A DNA stretch of 64,000 bases, from NCBI GenBank assembly GCA_050950145.1, contig JBMNHB010000001.1, positions 492,820 to 556,819 on the forward strand, given 5' to 3'. The stretch comes from Candidatus Dojkabacteria bacterium (GTDB taxonomy: Bacteria; Patescibacteriota; Dojkabacteria; SC72). Positions within the stretch are counted from its first letter, which is position 1, and every line of letters begins with the position of its first letter. A program made the translations under genes and the position numbers. Below, piece after piece: positions 28,730 to 39,208 of the stretch. The notes below the pieces were generated by a model. The model saw only the letters and a program-made list of their open reading frames with translations, did no database searches and had not been told where the DNA came from.

Positions 28730-29482
28730 TCAATTAGAAATACACATACTTAATAAGGTGTTGAATATCTCTGTTCCCCATATGGATGAGATTAGAAATG
28801 ATATAGTAAAGAATGGAATCATTGGTATTTTAATTCCTTTTAATCTTTTCTTTTGTAATATACCAAAACATATCGCATAGAGTAGGGCAGTGAAGATACT
28901 TAACCAGAAAAGAACTGCAAATTGTTTGTAGTCTATAGCTAATCCTAATGATAGTAGAATTAAGATATCACCAAAACCAAATGATTTTTTAATTATTAAA
29001 GTTAGGAGAGAGATAACAAGAAGTATACCTACAGTTAAGAGTACAGAGGTTAGGTTTAGATTAAAGAATATGAATATTAGTAAAGATATACCAATCAGTA
29101 TGTGTACTAGTATTCTAGGTACTTCTCTATAGAGAATGTCGTAATAGGAGAGGATGAAGAGAAAAAGAAGTAGAATCCATATATAGAAAGGAACTGAGTA
29201 CATATACATTAGTAAGAAAGATATACCTAAAAACAACTCAGAGAGAGGATATATTATATTTACCTTTGTATTACATTTAGAACATTTACCGCCAATATAT
29301 ATATATCCCAGTATGGGAACCAACTCATACCATGTAAGTTTCTTTTTACATTCTTCACAGTAAGAACTCTGGGTAAGTAGCGCTTTTAGTTTAATACCTT
29401 TCTCTATTCTATATAATGTAGCATTTATATAGCTTGCTATAGATGCTCCTAAGAAGAATATACAGATATATATAATTACCAT
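28730..29482 (-). CDS. pilD: Prepilin peptidase (A24 family) PilD
   Basis: N-terminal Cys pairs CEEC...C..C form the zinc-binding loop. There are multiple TM helices, and a conserved Asp-containing FGFGD region is present. Confidence 0.7.
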   Translation of the reverse strand: MVIIYICIFFLGASIASYINATLYRIEKGIKLKALLTQSSYCEECKKKLTWYELVPILGYIYIGGKCSKCNTKVNIIYPLSELFLGISFLLMYMYSVPFYIWILLLFLFILSYYDILYREVPRILVHILIGISLLIFIFFNLNLTSVLLTVGILLVISLLTLIIKKSFGFGDILILLSLGLAIDYKQFAVLFWLSIFTALLYAICFGILQKKRLKGIKIPMIPFFTISFLISSIWGTEIFNTLLSMCISN

Positions 29483-29510
29483 ATATCTATTATATATATG
29501 ATTAGATAAA

Positions 29511-29540
29511 AGAAAAACCCCTCAGAAGAGGGGTTTTAAT
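29511..29540 (-). terminator. Rho-independent terminator downstream of the pilA pilin gene (bidirectional hairpin)
   Basis: aaaaa-CCCCTC-agaa-GAGGGG-tttt. On the minus strand the stem is followed by a T-run. Confidence 0.6.
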
Positions 29541-29561
29541 TTCTAGATAATTAAGGGGGCA

Positions 29562-30104
29562 TTAGAAGCTCTTGTCTTCAAAGTTTGCTTGGTGTGTGTC
29601 TGTAACTTCAAGGATATCATCATAAGCGTCGTCATCTGTCTCAACTTTATCTGTCGTCACAGTTACTCCAACATCAGAATCTGAGAATCCGTTACCTGCA
29701 CATACAATACCTTTACTACCTTCATCATCTATACCTCCAAGAGTAACACAGATTAACATAGATTGGAATTCACCATCTACAAGGTAAAAATATGTTGCAT
29801 CCTTACCTCCAAAAGAACCCATATCAAGATACTGTCCTATTGTATTTTGGCCGGATTCACCAGTAATAACTGCAGACAAACTGGCAACACCTTCAGAACT
29901 TATTTGAGGAAACTTACCATGGTCTGTATAGTGAGCCTGCATAGCCTGATATAATTGGGTAGCACCATTTCTATTTGCAATCTCATTTGCTCTATTGATT
30001 GCAAATCTACCAGCAGCTACTCCTACTACCATAAGGATAATAAGAATACCCATAACGATAAGCATTTCAATCAATGTAAATGCTTTATATATTTTTCTGT
30101 CCAT
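29562..30104 (-). CDS. pilA: Type IVa major pilin-like protein
   Basis: N-terminal MDRKIYKAFTLIEMLIVMGILIILMVVG class III signal peptide. It is followed by a strong terminator, and it is the largest pilin-like protein and is encoded separately from the minor pilins. Confidence 0.6.
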   Translation of the reverse strand: MDRKIYKAFTLIEMLIVMGILIILMVVGVAAGRFAINRANEIANRNGATQLYQAMQAHYTDHGKFPQISSEGVASLSAVITGESGQNTIGQYLDMGSFGGKDATYFYLVDGEFQSMLICVTLGGIDDEGSKGIVCAGNGFSDSDVGVTVTTDKVETDDDAYDDILEVTDTHQANFEDKSF

Positions 30105-30171
30105 AAATTAAAACAGTAAAATTTAATTTAATTAATAATAAACTACACAACTTAAGAAACTTTGTCAATGC

Positions 30172-31383
30172 CTATCCCATAACCTTAGCTAAACCAAACA
30201 TAGGCATATATACTCCTAATGCAATAAATGCAACAGCACCACCCATGATAATAAGAAGGATAGGTTCTAAAATAGTTGAAAGATTAGAAGTAGCCATATC
30301 AACCTCTTCCTTGTAATATTCAGATACTTTCTCCAACACAGCATCAATCTCACCTGTCTCTTCTCCAACAGAGATCATACTACTAACAAGCAAAGGGAAA
30401 TACTCACTCCTTGCGATTGGAATTGCCAATGGACCACCTTTCTCAACCTCATCTCTAGCATCCAAAACAACATCTTTAAAAACAGAATTACCCAAAGATT
30501 GACCTGTTAGTTCTAAAGCTTTAACAATTGATAAACCACTACTTAAAAGAAGAGATAATATTCTACTAAATTGTGCAATCTGTGTCTTAGAAACTAATTT
30601 ACCAACAATAGGTAATTTAAGAATAACCTTATCTATTGTTTTTCTACCTTTCTCAGTACTTCTGTAATACCTAAAACCCAAAAAAAGGATTAATATTGTA
30701 ACCAGTAATGCCCACCAATAATTAATCATAAAATTACTCATAGCTATAATTGCTTTAGTAATCCATGGAAGTTCTGCATCAAAATCTTTGTATATCTCAG
30801 ACATAGAAGGGATAAGGACAAGCATCATAACTAGAATAACAGCAATAATAACAACAAGAATAATACTAGGATAAATCATTGCTGATCTAATTTTCTTGTT
30901 TAAAGAATCTCTCTCTTCCAACTCAGTAGCTAGCTTCGCTAAAATAACCTCTAAGTTTCCACTCTCTTCACCAGCTTCAATCAAGTTCAATGTAATATTA
31001 TCAAAGACATCTTCCTGCTCCCTAAAAGCGGTAGAAAGAGACTTACCTGCCTGTACAGAATCTGACACATCTCTAAGTACTTTTTTAAACTTAGGGTTAT
31101 TAGACTGTTCAACCATAATTTCTAAAGCTCTGTTAAGAGCTAATCCTGAAGCAATCATAGTAGCCATCTGTCTCATAAAAACAACCTTTTCCTTCATTGG
31201 AACTCCACCAATATTGATTTCTTGTAACCTTTTCAAATCTAAGGCACCAACCTCTTTAATGGAAACAACAATTAAACCTCTATCATGAAGAATATCTGCT
31301 ACAGCAGAACTATCTCTTGCTTCAATATCAGATTTTACCTCTTTACCATCTTTATCTCTTGCAGAATATTTAAATCTTGCCAT
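30172..31383 (-). CDS. pilC: Type IV pilus inner-membrane platform protein PilC (GspF family)
   Basis: There are two GspF repeats with three TM helices, and N-terminal ARFKYSARDKDGKEVKSDIEA. Confidence 0.85.
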   Translation of the reverse strand: MARFKYSARDKDGKEVKSDIEARDSSAVADILHDRGLIVVSIKEVGALDLKRLQEINIGGVPMKEKVVFMRQMATMIASGLALNRALEIMVEQSNNPKFKKVLRDVSDSVQAGKSLSTAFREQEDVFDNITLNLIEAGEESGNLEVILAKLATELEERDSLNKKIRSAMIYPSIILVVIIAVILVMMLVLIPSMSEIYKDFDAELPWITKAIIAMSNFMINYWWALLVTILILFLGFRYYRSTEKGRKTIDKVILKLPIVGKLVSKTQIAQFSRILSLLLSSGLSIVKALELTGQSLGNSVFKDVVLDARDEVEKGGPLAIPIARSEYFPLLVSSMISVGEETGEIDAVLEKVSEYYKEEVDMATSNLSTILEPILLIIMGGAVAFIALGVYMPMFGLAKVMG

Positions 31384-31386
31384 ATT

Positions 31387-32997
31387 TTATCCTTTCAATA
31401 ATCTTACTACTTCTTCAGGGTATACTGCATACTCTTGTGCTTTCTGTGCAGTAATTACTCCTTCTCTAACTAATGATACCAAAGATTTTTCTAGATATAC
31501 CATACCCATATCAGCCCCAGTTCTAATCATATTATCTATCTGGTGAGTCTTAGCTTCTCTAATTAGGTTTGCAATAGCTGGAGTGTTGAACATAATCTCA
31601 GAAACAGCTCTTCTTCCACCTCTATCAAGAGGTATAAGTCTCTGTGCTATAACAACCTGCAAAATATTAGAGAGTTGGAGTCTAACTTGGGGTTGCTGAT
31701 TTTCTGGGAACACATCAATAACTCTATCTATCGTTTGTGCTGCATTATTTGTATGTAGAGTAGCAAACACCAAGTGTCCTGTCTCAGCAAGAGTAATAGC
31801 TGCAGCAATAGTTTCATAGTCTCTCATCTCACCAACTAATATGACATCAGGATCCTGTCTCATTGCACTTCTAAGTGCAATTGCCCAAGAATTAGTATCA
31901 TCATTCATCTCTCTTTGATCTATTAATGCTTTTTTACCTTCAAATATATACTCAATAGGATCTTCAATTGTAATAATATGATCAAATCTATTCCTGTTAA
32001 TATCTTCCAGCATAGCTGCTAATGTGGTACTCTTACCATGACCTGTAGGACCAGTTACTAGAACTAAACCTTGTTTTAATTTGGTAATTTGATGATATAC
32101 CTGTGGTAGAGAGAGTTCTTCAATGGTCTTAACCCTAGTAGGAATCAATCTAAATGCAGCAGCAAGATTCTTCATCGTATAGTATGCATTGATTCTAAAT
32201 CTTGCTGTAGTAGCACCTTCATGTGAGTATGCAAAGTCAATCTCTCTGTTAACTTCTAACAATTCTTTCTTATCATCAGGAATTATGGATAATATCAATT
32301 TTTCTGTATCTTCTGGAGTTAACAATCTCTCACCTACATCTATCAATTCGCCATCAATTCTAATAATTGGTGGATATCCTACAGATATATGTAAGTCTGA
32401 TGCATTTCTACTTACAACTTCATTAAACAGTTCATCCATAGAAAAGTTTTTACCATTTGTTCCCATCTCTGTAGTTATCTTGTTGTCTTCTATTGGGGAA
32501 CTACTCGTATCCGCAGATCTTAATGGTTTTGAAAGATTGTTTTCTTTTTCATCTCTCTGCATAGCTTTTATCTGATGCATCTCTGGCATTATACTTGTTA
32601 AAGAATCACTCCAATTTTTCTGTTCTGCTGGTTTAGTCCCTAAGTTGGGTAATTCCGTTGGTTCCTGTGTATATGTTTGTTCTTCTGCTTTCTCTTCAAC
32701 AACAGGTACCTCCTGTTTTTCTTCTACTTTCTCTGAAGTAGGAGTATCAAGCAATACACTAATATCTTTCTTTAACTCTTCTAATTTATCCTCATCAATA
32801 TAGTTAGTTGACTCCTGGGGTGTTGAAGGTGTTGTTTGTACTGGTTGAGATAAGACAGGTGGATCAGAAGGTGTTACATTTACATCTGCAGGAGGAGGTG
32901 GTGGTGGAGTCGGCTGAGTAGGGTTAGTTGTTTGAGAAAAATCAGGATAATTAAACTGAGGTCCATTTGGATTTTGTACTTGGGCAGTATTTTCCAT
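31387..32997 (-). CDS. pilT: PilT-family type IV pilus retraction ATPase with about 190-aa Pro/Thr/Glu-rich N-terminal extension
   Basis: Core LVLVTGPTGHGKSTTLAAML...ITIEDPIEY (PilT Walker A / Asp box), with a His box and an AIRNLIRE-like motif. The first about 190 aa are low complexity (TNPTQPTPPPPPPADV...). Confidence 0.7.
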   Translation of the reverse strand: MENTAQVQNPNGPQFNYPDFSQTTNPTQPTPPPPPPADVNVTPSDPPVLSQPVQTTPSTPQESTNYIDEDKLEELKKDISVLLDTPTSEKVEEKQEVPVVEEKAEEQTYTQEPTELPNLGTKPAEQKNWSDSLTSIMPEMHQIKAMQRDEKENNLSKPLRSADTSSSPIEDNKITTEMGTNGKNFSMDELFNEVVSRNASDLHISVGYPPIIRIDGELIDVGERLLTPEDTEKLILSIIPDDKKELLEVNREIDFAYSHEGATTARFRINAYYTMKNLAAAFRLIPTRVKTIEELSLPQVYHQITKLKQGLVLVTGPTGHGKSTTLAAMLEDINRNRFDHIITIEDPIEYIFEGKKALIDQREMNDDTNSWAIALRSAMRQDPDVILVGEMRDYETIAAAITLAETGHLVFATLHTNNAAQTIDRVIDVFPENQQPQVRLQLSNILQVVIAQRLIPLDRGGRRAVSEIMFNTPAIANLIREAKTHQIDNMIRTGADMGMVYLEKSLVSLVREGVITAQKAQEYAVYPEEVVRLLKG

Positions 32998-33019
32998 ATA
33001 TTTATTTATACCAAAAAAA

Positions 33020-34849
33020 TTATTCTTTTGATACTCTTAGAACTTCTTCAAGAGTCGTTATACCTTCAAGAGCCTTTAAATAACCATCTTGTATCATTGT
33101 TATCATCCCTTGTTCAATTGCTGATTTTCTAATATCAGAGTCTGTAACATTCTCCATAATCATTCTACTAATTTTCTCTGTAACATCTAGTACTTCAAAT
33201 ATACCAATTCTTCCAGAATATCCAGTACCACCACAATGATCACACCCTTTACCTCTATAAAGATATATCAAAGGAGTACCATCTGCACCTGTCTCTGGCG
33301 CTTTCATTACGATAGGATCATCTTGTCCATCCGTTTGTACAGAATTTTTTGATGCAATTACTCTGTTAATATACCCAACCAAATCAAAATCTTTAATACC
33401 CTGCATTGTTTCTGTAATATTTCTTAAAACTTCTGGAGTAATAGGGTAGGCCTCTATACAATGTTTACAAATTCTTCTTGGTAATCTCTGAGCAGCAACT
33501 GCTCTAATAGTAGAAGCTAAAAGATATGGCTCTATGCCCATATCCATTAATCTTGGTATAGCTGCAGCAGCACTGTTTGTATGTAGTGTAGAGAGAACTA
33601 AGTGACCTGTTAAAGATGCCTGAACAGCAAGCTGTGCAGTCTCGTTATCTCTAATCTCACCAACCATAACGATATCAGGATCTTGTCTTAAAACAGCTCT
33701 TAGACCATTTGCAAATGTCAAACCAACATCATCATTTATCTGGACCTGAGTTACACCAGGGACTCTAATCTCAACTGGGTCTTCTAAAGAGATAATATTT
33801 ACCTTTGGATCATTAACTTTCATAAGAGAGGTTGCTAAAGTTCTAGTTTTACCACTACCTGTTGGACCGGTAACAAGAACAATACCATTAGTAACACTAA
33901 GAGCATCTACAAATATCTTGTAGGCATTACCTCTTAAACCAGTATCTTCTAATGTAATATTCTCTGTCTCTGATTCAAGTAATCTCATAACAACTTTTTC
34001 ACCATAAATCATAGGCATAATAGAGACTCTGATATCTACTTTGTTTGTCCCCATCTTAACTTGAAATCTACCATCCTGAGGTATACGTTTTTCATCAATT
34101 TTTAAATTTGCAAGAATTTTTACCCTTGAAACAACAGCTGCTGAAAGACTCTTTGGTAAAACAAGTCTCTCTGTCATAACACCATTAATTCTAAAACGGA
34201 CACGAACTTTTTCCTCCAATGTCTCAATATGAATATCTGAAGATTTACTTTTAACCGCATACTGAAGTATTGAGTTTACAATTCTTGCAACGGGAGCAGC
34301 AGCTAAATCAGAAGAGCTTAAACCTCCCAAAGCATTACCAGTATCATCCTCTGTAATATCAGTAACAGGAACATCAACATCCTCCAATGCCTCAGTAACT
34401 TGAGAACTCATCATATCACCAACTCTACGATCCAAAATCGTACTAATTCCTTCTTTAGGTGAAATATATACCTCCATACGAGTACCAGCTGGATATCTAC
34501 TTTGAAGTGCTTGAGTCGCTTGAATATCAAAAGGATCTTCCATTGCTATCTTAACCAATCCATCACTTCTTGCAAAAGGAACTGCTCTATATTTCGCTAA
34601 ATTATCTATTGGAATCTCTGCAATAACACTCTCAGGAACTGAAACAGTAGATAAGTCAATGAATGGAATACCAAAAATTTCCGATTTTGCTTTTGCAATA
34701 TCAGCATCACTAACAAGATTAAACTCTCTAATTAATGTTTCTTCACTCTTGTTGCTACGAGACCTTTCTAGAAGGACCTTTCTAACACCTTCTTCATCAA
34801 TCAAATTCTTCTGCTGTAAATATTTCAAAATAGATGTTTGGGCAGCCAT
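33020..34849 (-). CDS. pilB: Type IV pilus assembly ATPase PilB (GspE family)
   Basis: An N-terminal GspE_N-like domain, Walker A LVTGPTGSGKTRTL, and a C-terminal tetracysteine CDHCGGTGYSGRIGIFEVL. Confidence 0.85.
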   Translation of the reverse strand: MAAQTSILKYLQQKNLIDEEGVRKVLLERSRSNKSEETLIREFNLVSDADIAKAKSEIFGIPFIDLSTVSVPESVIAEIPIDNLAKYRAVPFARSDGLVKIAMEDPFDIQATQALQSRYPAGTRMEVYISPKEGISTILDRRVGDMMSSQVTEALEDVDVPVTDITEDDTGNALGGLSSSDLAAAPVARIVNSILQYAVKSKSSDIHIETLEEKVRVRFRINGVMTERLVLPKSLSAAVVSRVKILANLKIDEKRIPQDGRFQVKMGTNKVDIRVSIMPMIYGEKVVMRLLESETENITLEDTGLRGNAYKIFVDALSVTNGIVLVTGPTGSGKTRTLATSLMKVNDPKVNIISLEDPVEIRVPGVTQVQINDDVGLTFANGLRAVLRQDPDIVMVGEIRDNETAQLAVQASLTGHLVLSTLHTNSAAAAIPRLMDMGIEPYLLASTIRAVAAQRLPRRICKHCIEAYPITPEVLRNITETMQGIKDFDLVGYINRVIASKNSVQTDGQDDPIVMKAPETGADGTPLIYLYRGKGCDHCGGTGYSGRIGIFEVLDVTEKISRMIMENVTDSDIRKSAIEQGMITMIQDGYLKALEGITTLEEVLRVSKE

Positions 34850-34902
34850 TCTTATATCAGTTTATGATACCCAATAAAATTAGTCAATGTATACACCAAG
34901 AT

Positions 34903-35167
34903 AGGGTTACCTTACCAGTTTTGCTACTCCTACCAAAGACTATATTATCTTTTTAACAAAAATTTAACATACTAGAAGATAAAAATAATACACGAAGTTT
35001 TATTAGCTAGGAGTTTTTCTGCAAATCATATCCACAAAGAGAGTTAATCTGTCTACTTTGTATTTGTGTATTACTTCAGACTAAACAACCTTATAGCAAG
35101 TTAACTAATCGTAACAAATACATATATAGTCCTTTCTAGCAAACATAAAACTAGTAAGGTAACCCCG
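34903..35167. repeat. 17-bp inverted repeat pair (TAGGGTTACCTTACCAG / CTAGTAAGGTAACCCCG) bounding the 265-bp pilB-holB divergent intergenic region
   Basis: The 12-bp perfect core GGGTTACCTTAC occurs at 34905-34916 and its reverse complement at 35153-35164. Confidence 0.45.
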
Positions 35168-35192
35168 TTCGCTACTTATGATAAAATAAGAT

Positions 35193-35873
35193 ATGACATA
35201 TATCCTAGTTCGCAAAACAGAAGATGAAGAAAAGACAGCACTACGACATTTTCTAGTAAAAATTCTTAAAGAAGATATTACACTAGATATGATATATTCC
35301 CACCCAGATATACATAATCTAGAAATTACAGATAAATTAAGTATTGGAATAGAGGATGTAAAAGATTTCCAAAAGAATTTAATCTACAAACCATTTCAAG
35401 AAAATTCACAACTTGGAATTATTCATGATGCCCAAAAACTAACACATGAGGCTCAAAACTCCTTACTAAAAGCATTAGAAGAGAGGACTAAAGAAACAAT
35501 ATATATTCTTACAGTAAACAATGAAAAAAACTTACTACCTACCATTCGTTCAAGATCAAGGATTGTATATATCCAAACAGAACAAGAGGAAACAGAGAAC
35601 AGCTTAGATGACTTTTTAGACTTAGACTTAATTTCACAATTTGAAATAGTTGAGAAAGCTTCTGAGGACAGAGATTCCTCACTAGAATTCATAAATGAAC
35701 TAGAAGCAGTAATAAAAACAAAATTTGAAATAAGTATAAAAAATGGTAATATAGATGGTTCTAAAAAATTTCTAGAGGACCTTAAAGTAATACAGAAAAG
35801 TAGAGAGAAGATAGCTGCAAATTGTAATCGCAGATTGACTTTAGAGGCAATGGTAATACAGTTAAAATCTTAG
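35193..35873 (+). CDS. holB: DNA polymerase III delta-prime-like subunit (short form lacking Walker A region)
   Basis: AQNSLLKALEERTKETIYILTVNNEKNLLPTIRSRSRIVYI matches the clamp-loader AQNALLKtLEEPP...TIrSRC signature. Confidence 0.5.
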   Translation: MTYILVRKTEDEEKTALRHFLVKILKEDITLDMIYSHPDIHNLEITDKLSIGIEDVKDFQKNLIYKPFQENSQLGIIHDAQKLTHEAQNSLLKALEERTKETIYILTVNNEKNLLPTIRSRSRIVYIQTEQEETENSLDDFLDLDLISQFEIVEKASEDRDSSLEFINELEAVIKTKFEISIKNGNIDGSKKFLEDLKVIQKSREKIAANCNRRLTLEAMVIQLKS

Positions 35874-37868
<1,995 letters not shown>

Positions 37869-37886
37869 TTTTTTAATTTAACAAAA

Positions 37887-38420
37887 ATGACAGAAACATA
37901 TGAGAGTGAAAGAAGAAAAGAACTAACAAGTTTGTTGGATGTTGCAAGAGCAATCAGTCCAGATTCCCAAGAAATAGCTAAAAGATCAAAAATAGATAGT
38001 GGAGAAGAAAACGAGGTGCTAGCACTCACAAAACTATTAGACGATGATGGTAAAGCAAATAGAATCCTTTTTGAAATACTCAAAGATACACCAACAGGAG
38101 AAAAGATTAAGAAATATTTAAACCTAACGGACGAGAGGAACCAGGAAGGTGATTTGATTGTTGATACAAGAAAAAATTTCTCAAGTTCAGGACAAGATAA
38201 AAAAGTTATTGTCCTTTACGACGAAAATAATAAATACCAGATTGTAAGATTTGAAAAATCACCTGAACAACCTTATGAAATTGATGTTATAAACACAGAA
38301 GAGGAAGACAGAGGTTTTTCCGTAAACCCAGAAACTGCAAGGAAATTAGATGAACTTATCAACAACCAGAGAGAGATTTATGAAAGTAATCTTACAGAAT
38401 TAGCAAGAACAACTTTTTAA
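37887..38420 (+). CDS. Hypothetical acidic protein encoded between gyrB and gyrA
   Basis: ORF with a tight fit between conserved genes. No recognisable domain. Confidence 0.4.
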   Translation: MTETYESERRKELTSLLDVARAISPDSQEIAKRSKIDSGEENEVLALTKLLDDDGKANRILFEILKDTPTGEKIKKYLNLTDERNQEGDLIVDTRKNFSSSGQDKKVIVLYDENNKYQIVRFEKSPEQPYEIDVINTEEEDRGFSVNPETARKLDELINNQREIYESNLTELARTTF

Positions 38421-38422
38421 AA

Positions 38423-39208
38423 ATGGAACAATATACAGAAACAATACAAAAGATAGAAGTAGGTAGACAAGATAGCTGTTCAAAGAGTGATAATTGGTCG
38501 GAAAGAGGAGGAAAAATGATTGAAGCCTTACAAGAAGCATTCTATAAATTACTTCCAAATACAACTTGGAATAATGACACTGAGATTGAACACACTGGGG
38601 GTTTAACCACAGACGAAGCATGGGAACATATGAAATTTATATGTATAGACGGTACTATGCGTTCCCTTGCCTATTCTGGGTATGGAGAAAAGATTATAGT
38701 ACTCTTAGCAAACAAACCAGAAGAAGAAGCTCTTAAGTATTGTCTTACAAAGAATTTTCCAGAGGACAATCGTCCTTCTGTTCATCACACTGATGCATAC
38801 TTAGAAGCAGTTATGAAAAATGATCTATATACAGTAAGGAGATTACAAATTGATTTTGAAAACTTAAAATCTGATTTAAAACATGGAATGAAGCCAGAGA
38901 CCCTTAAAAGTGAAACTGGACTAATTGAAATAAGAAAAGATATTATGTCTAAATTCCACAATTATTCTTTACTCCTTCCAGGAGAAGGAGAAAATGAACT
39001 TTTCATATTTCCAATTTTTCAAAAAAAGAAAGAAGTTGTTGGAATGCCTGAAATCCATCCTCTGGAAATATTCCCAAAAGACATGATTAAAATAAGTCAA
39101 AAAACCATGAAAGAAAAAGGAAAGGAATTATTACTTATTTTAGAAGAACAAAGGAAAGAATTAAAAGATTTCCTACAAAATCCTTTTAAAGCATATGGAC
39201 GAAGATAA
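38423..39208 (+). CDS. Hypothetical protein encoded between gyrB and gyrA (3' end overlaps gyrA start)
   Basis: ORF with an operonic arrangement. No recognisable domain. Confidence 0.4.
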   Translation: MEQYTETIQKIEVGRQDSCSKSDNWSERGGKMIEALQEAFYKLLPNTTWNNDTEIEHTGGLTTDEAWEHMKFICIDGTMRSLAYSGYGEKIIVLLANKPEEEALKYCLTKNFPEDNRPSVHHTDAYLEAVMKNDLYTVRRLQIDFENLKSDLKHGMKPETLKSETGLIEIRKDIMSKFHNYSLLLPGEGENELFIFPIFQKKKEVVGMPEIHPLEIFPKDMIKISQKTMKEKGKELLLILEEQRKELKDFLQNPFKAYGRR

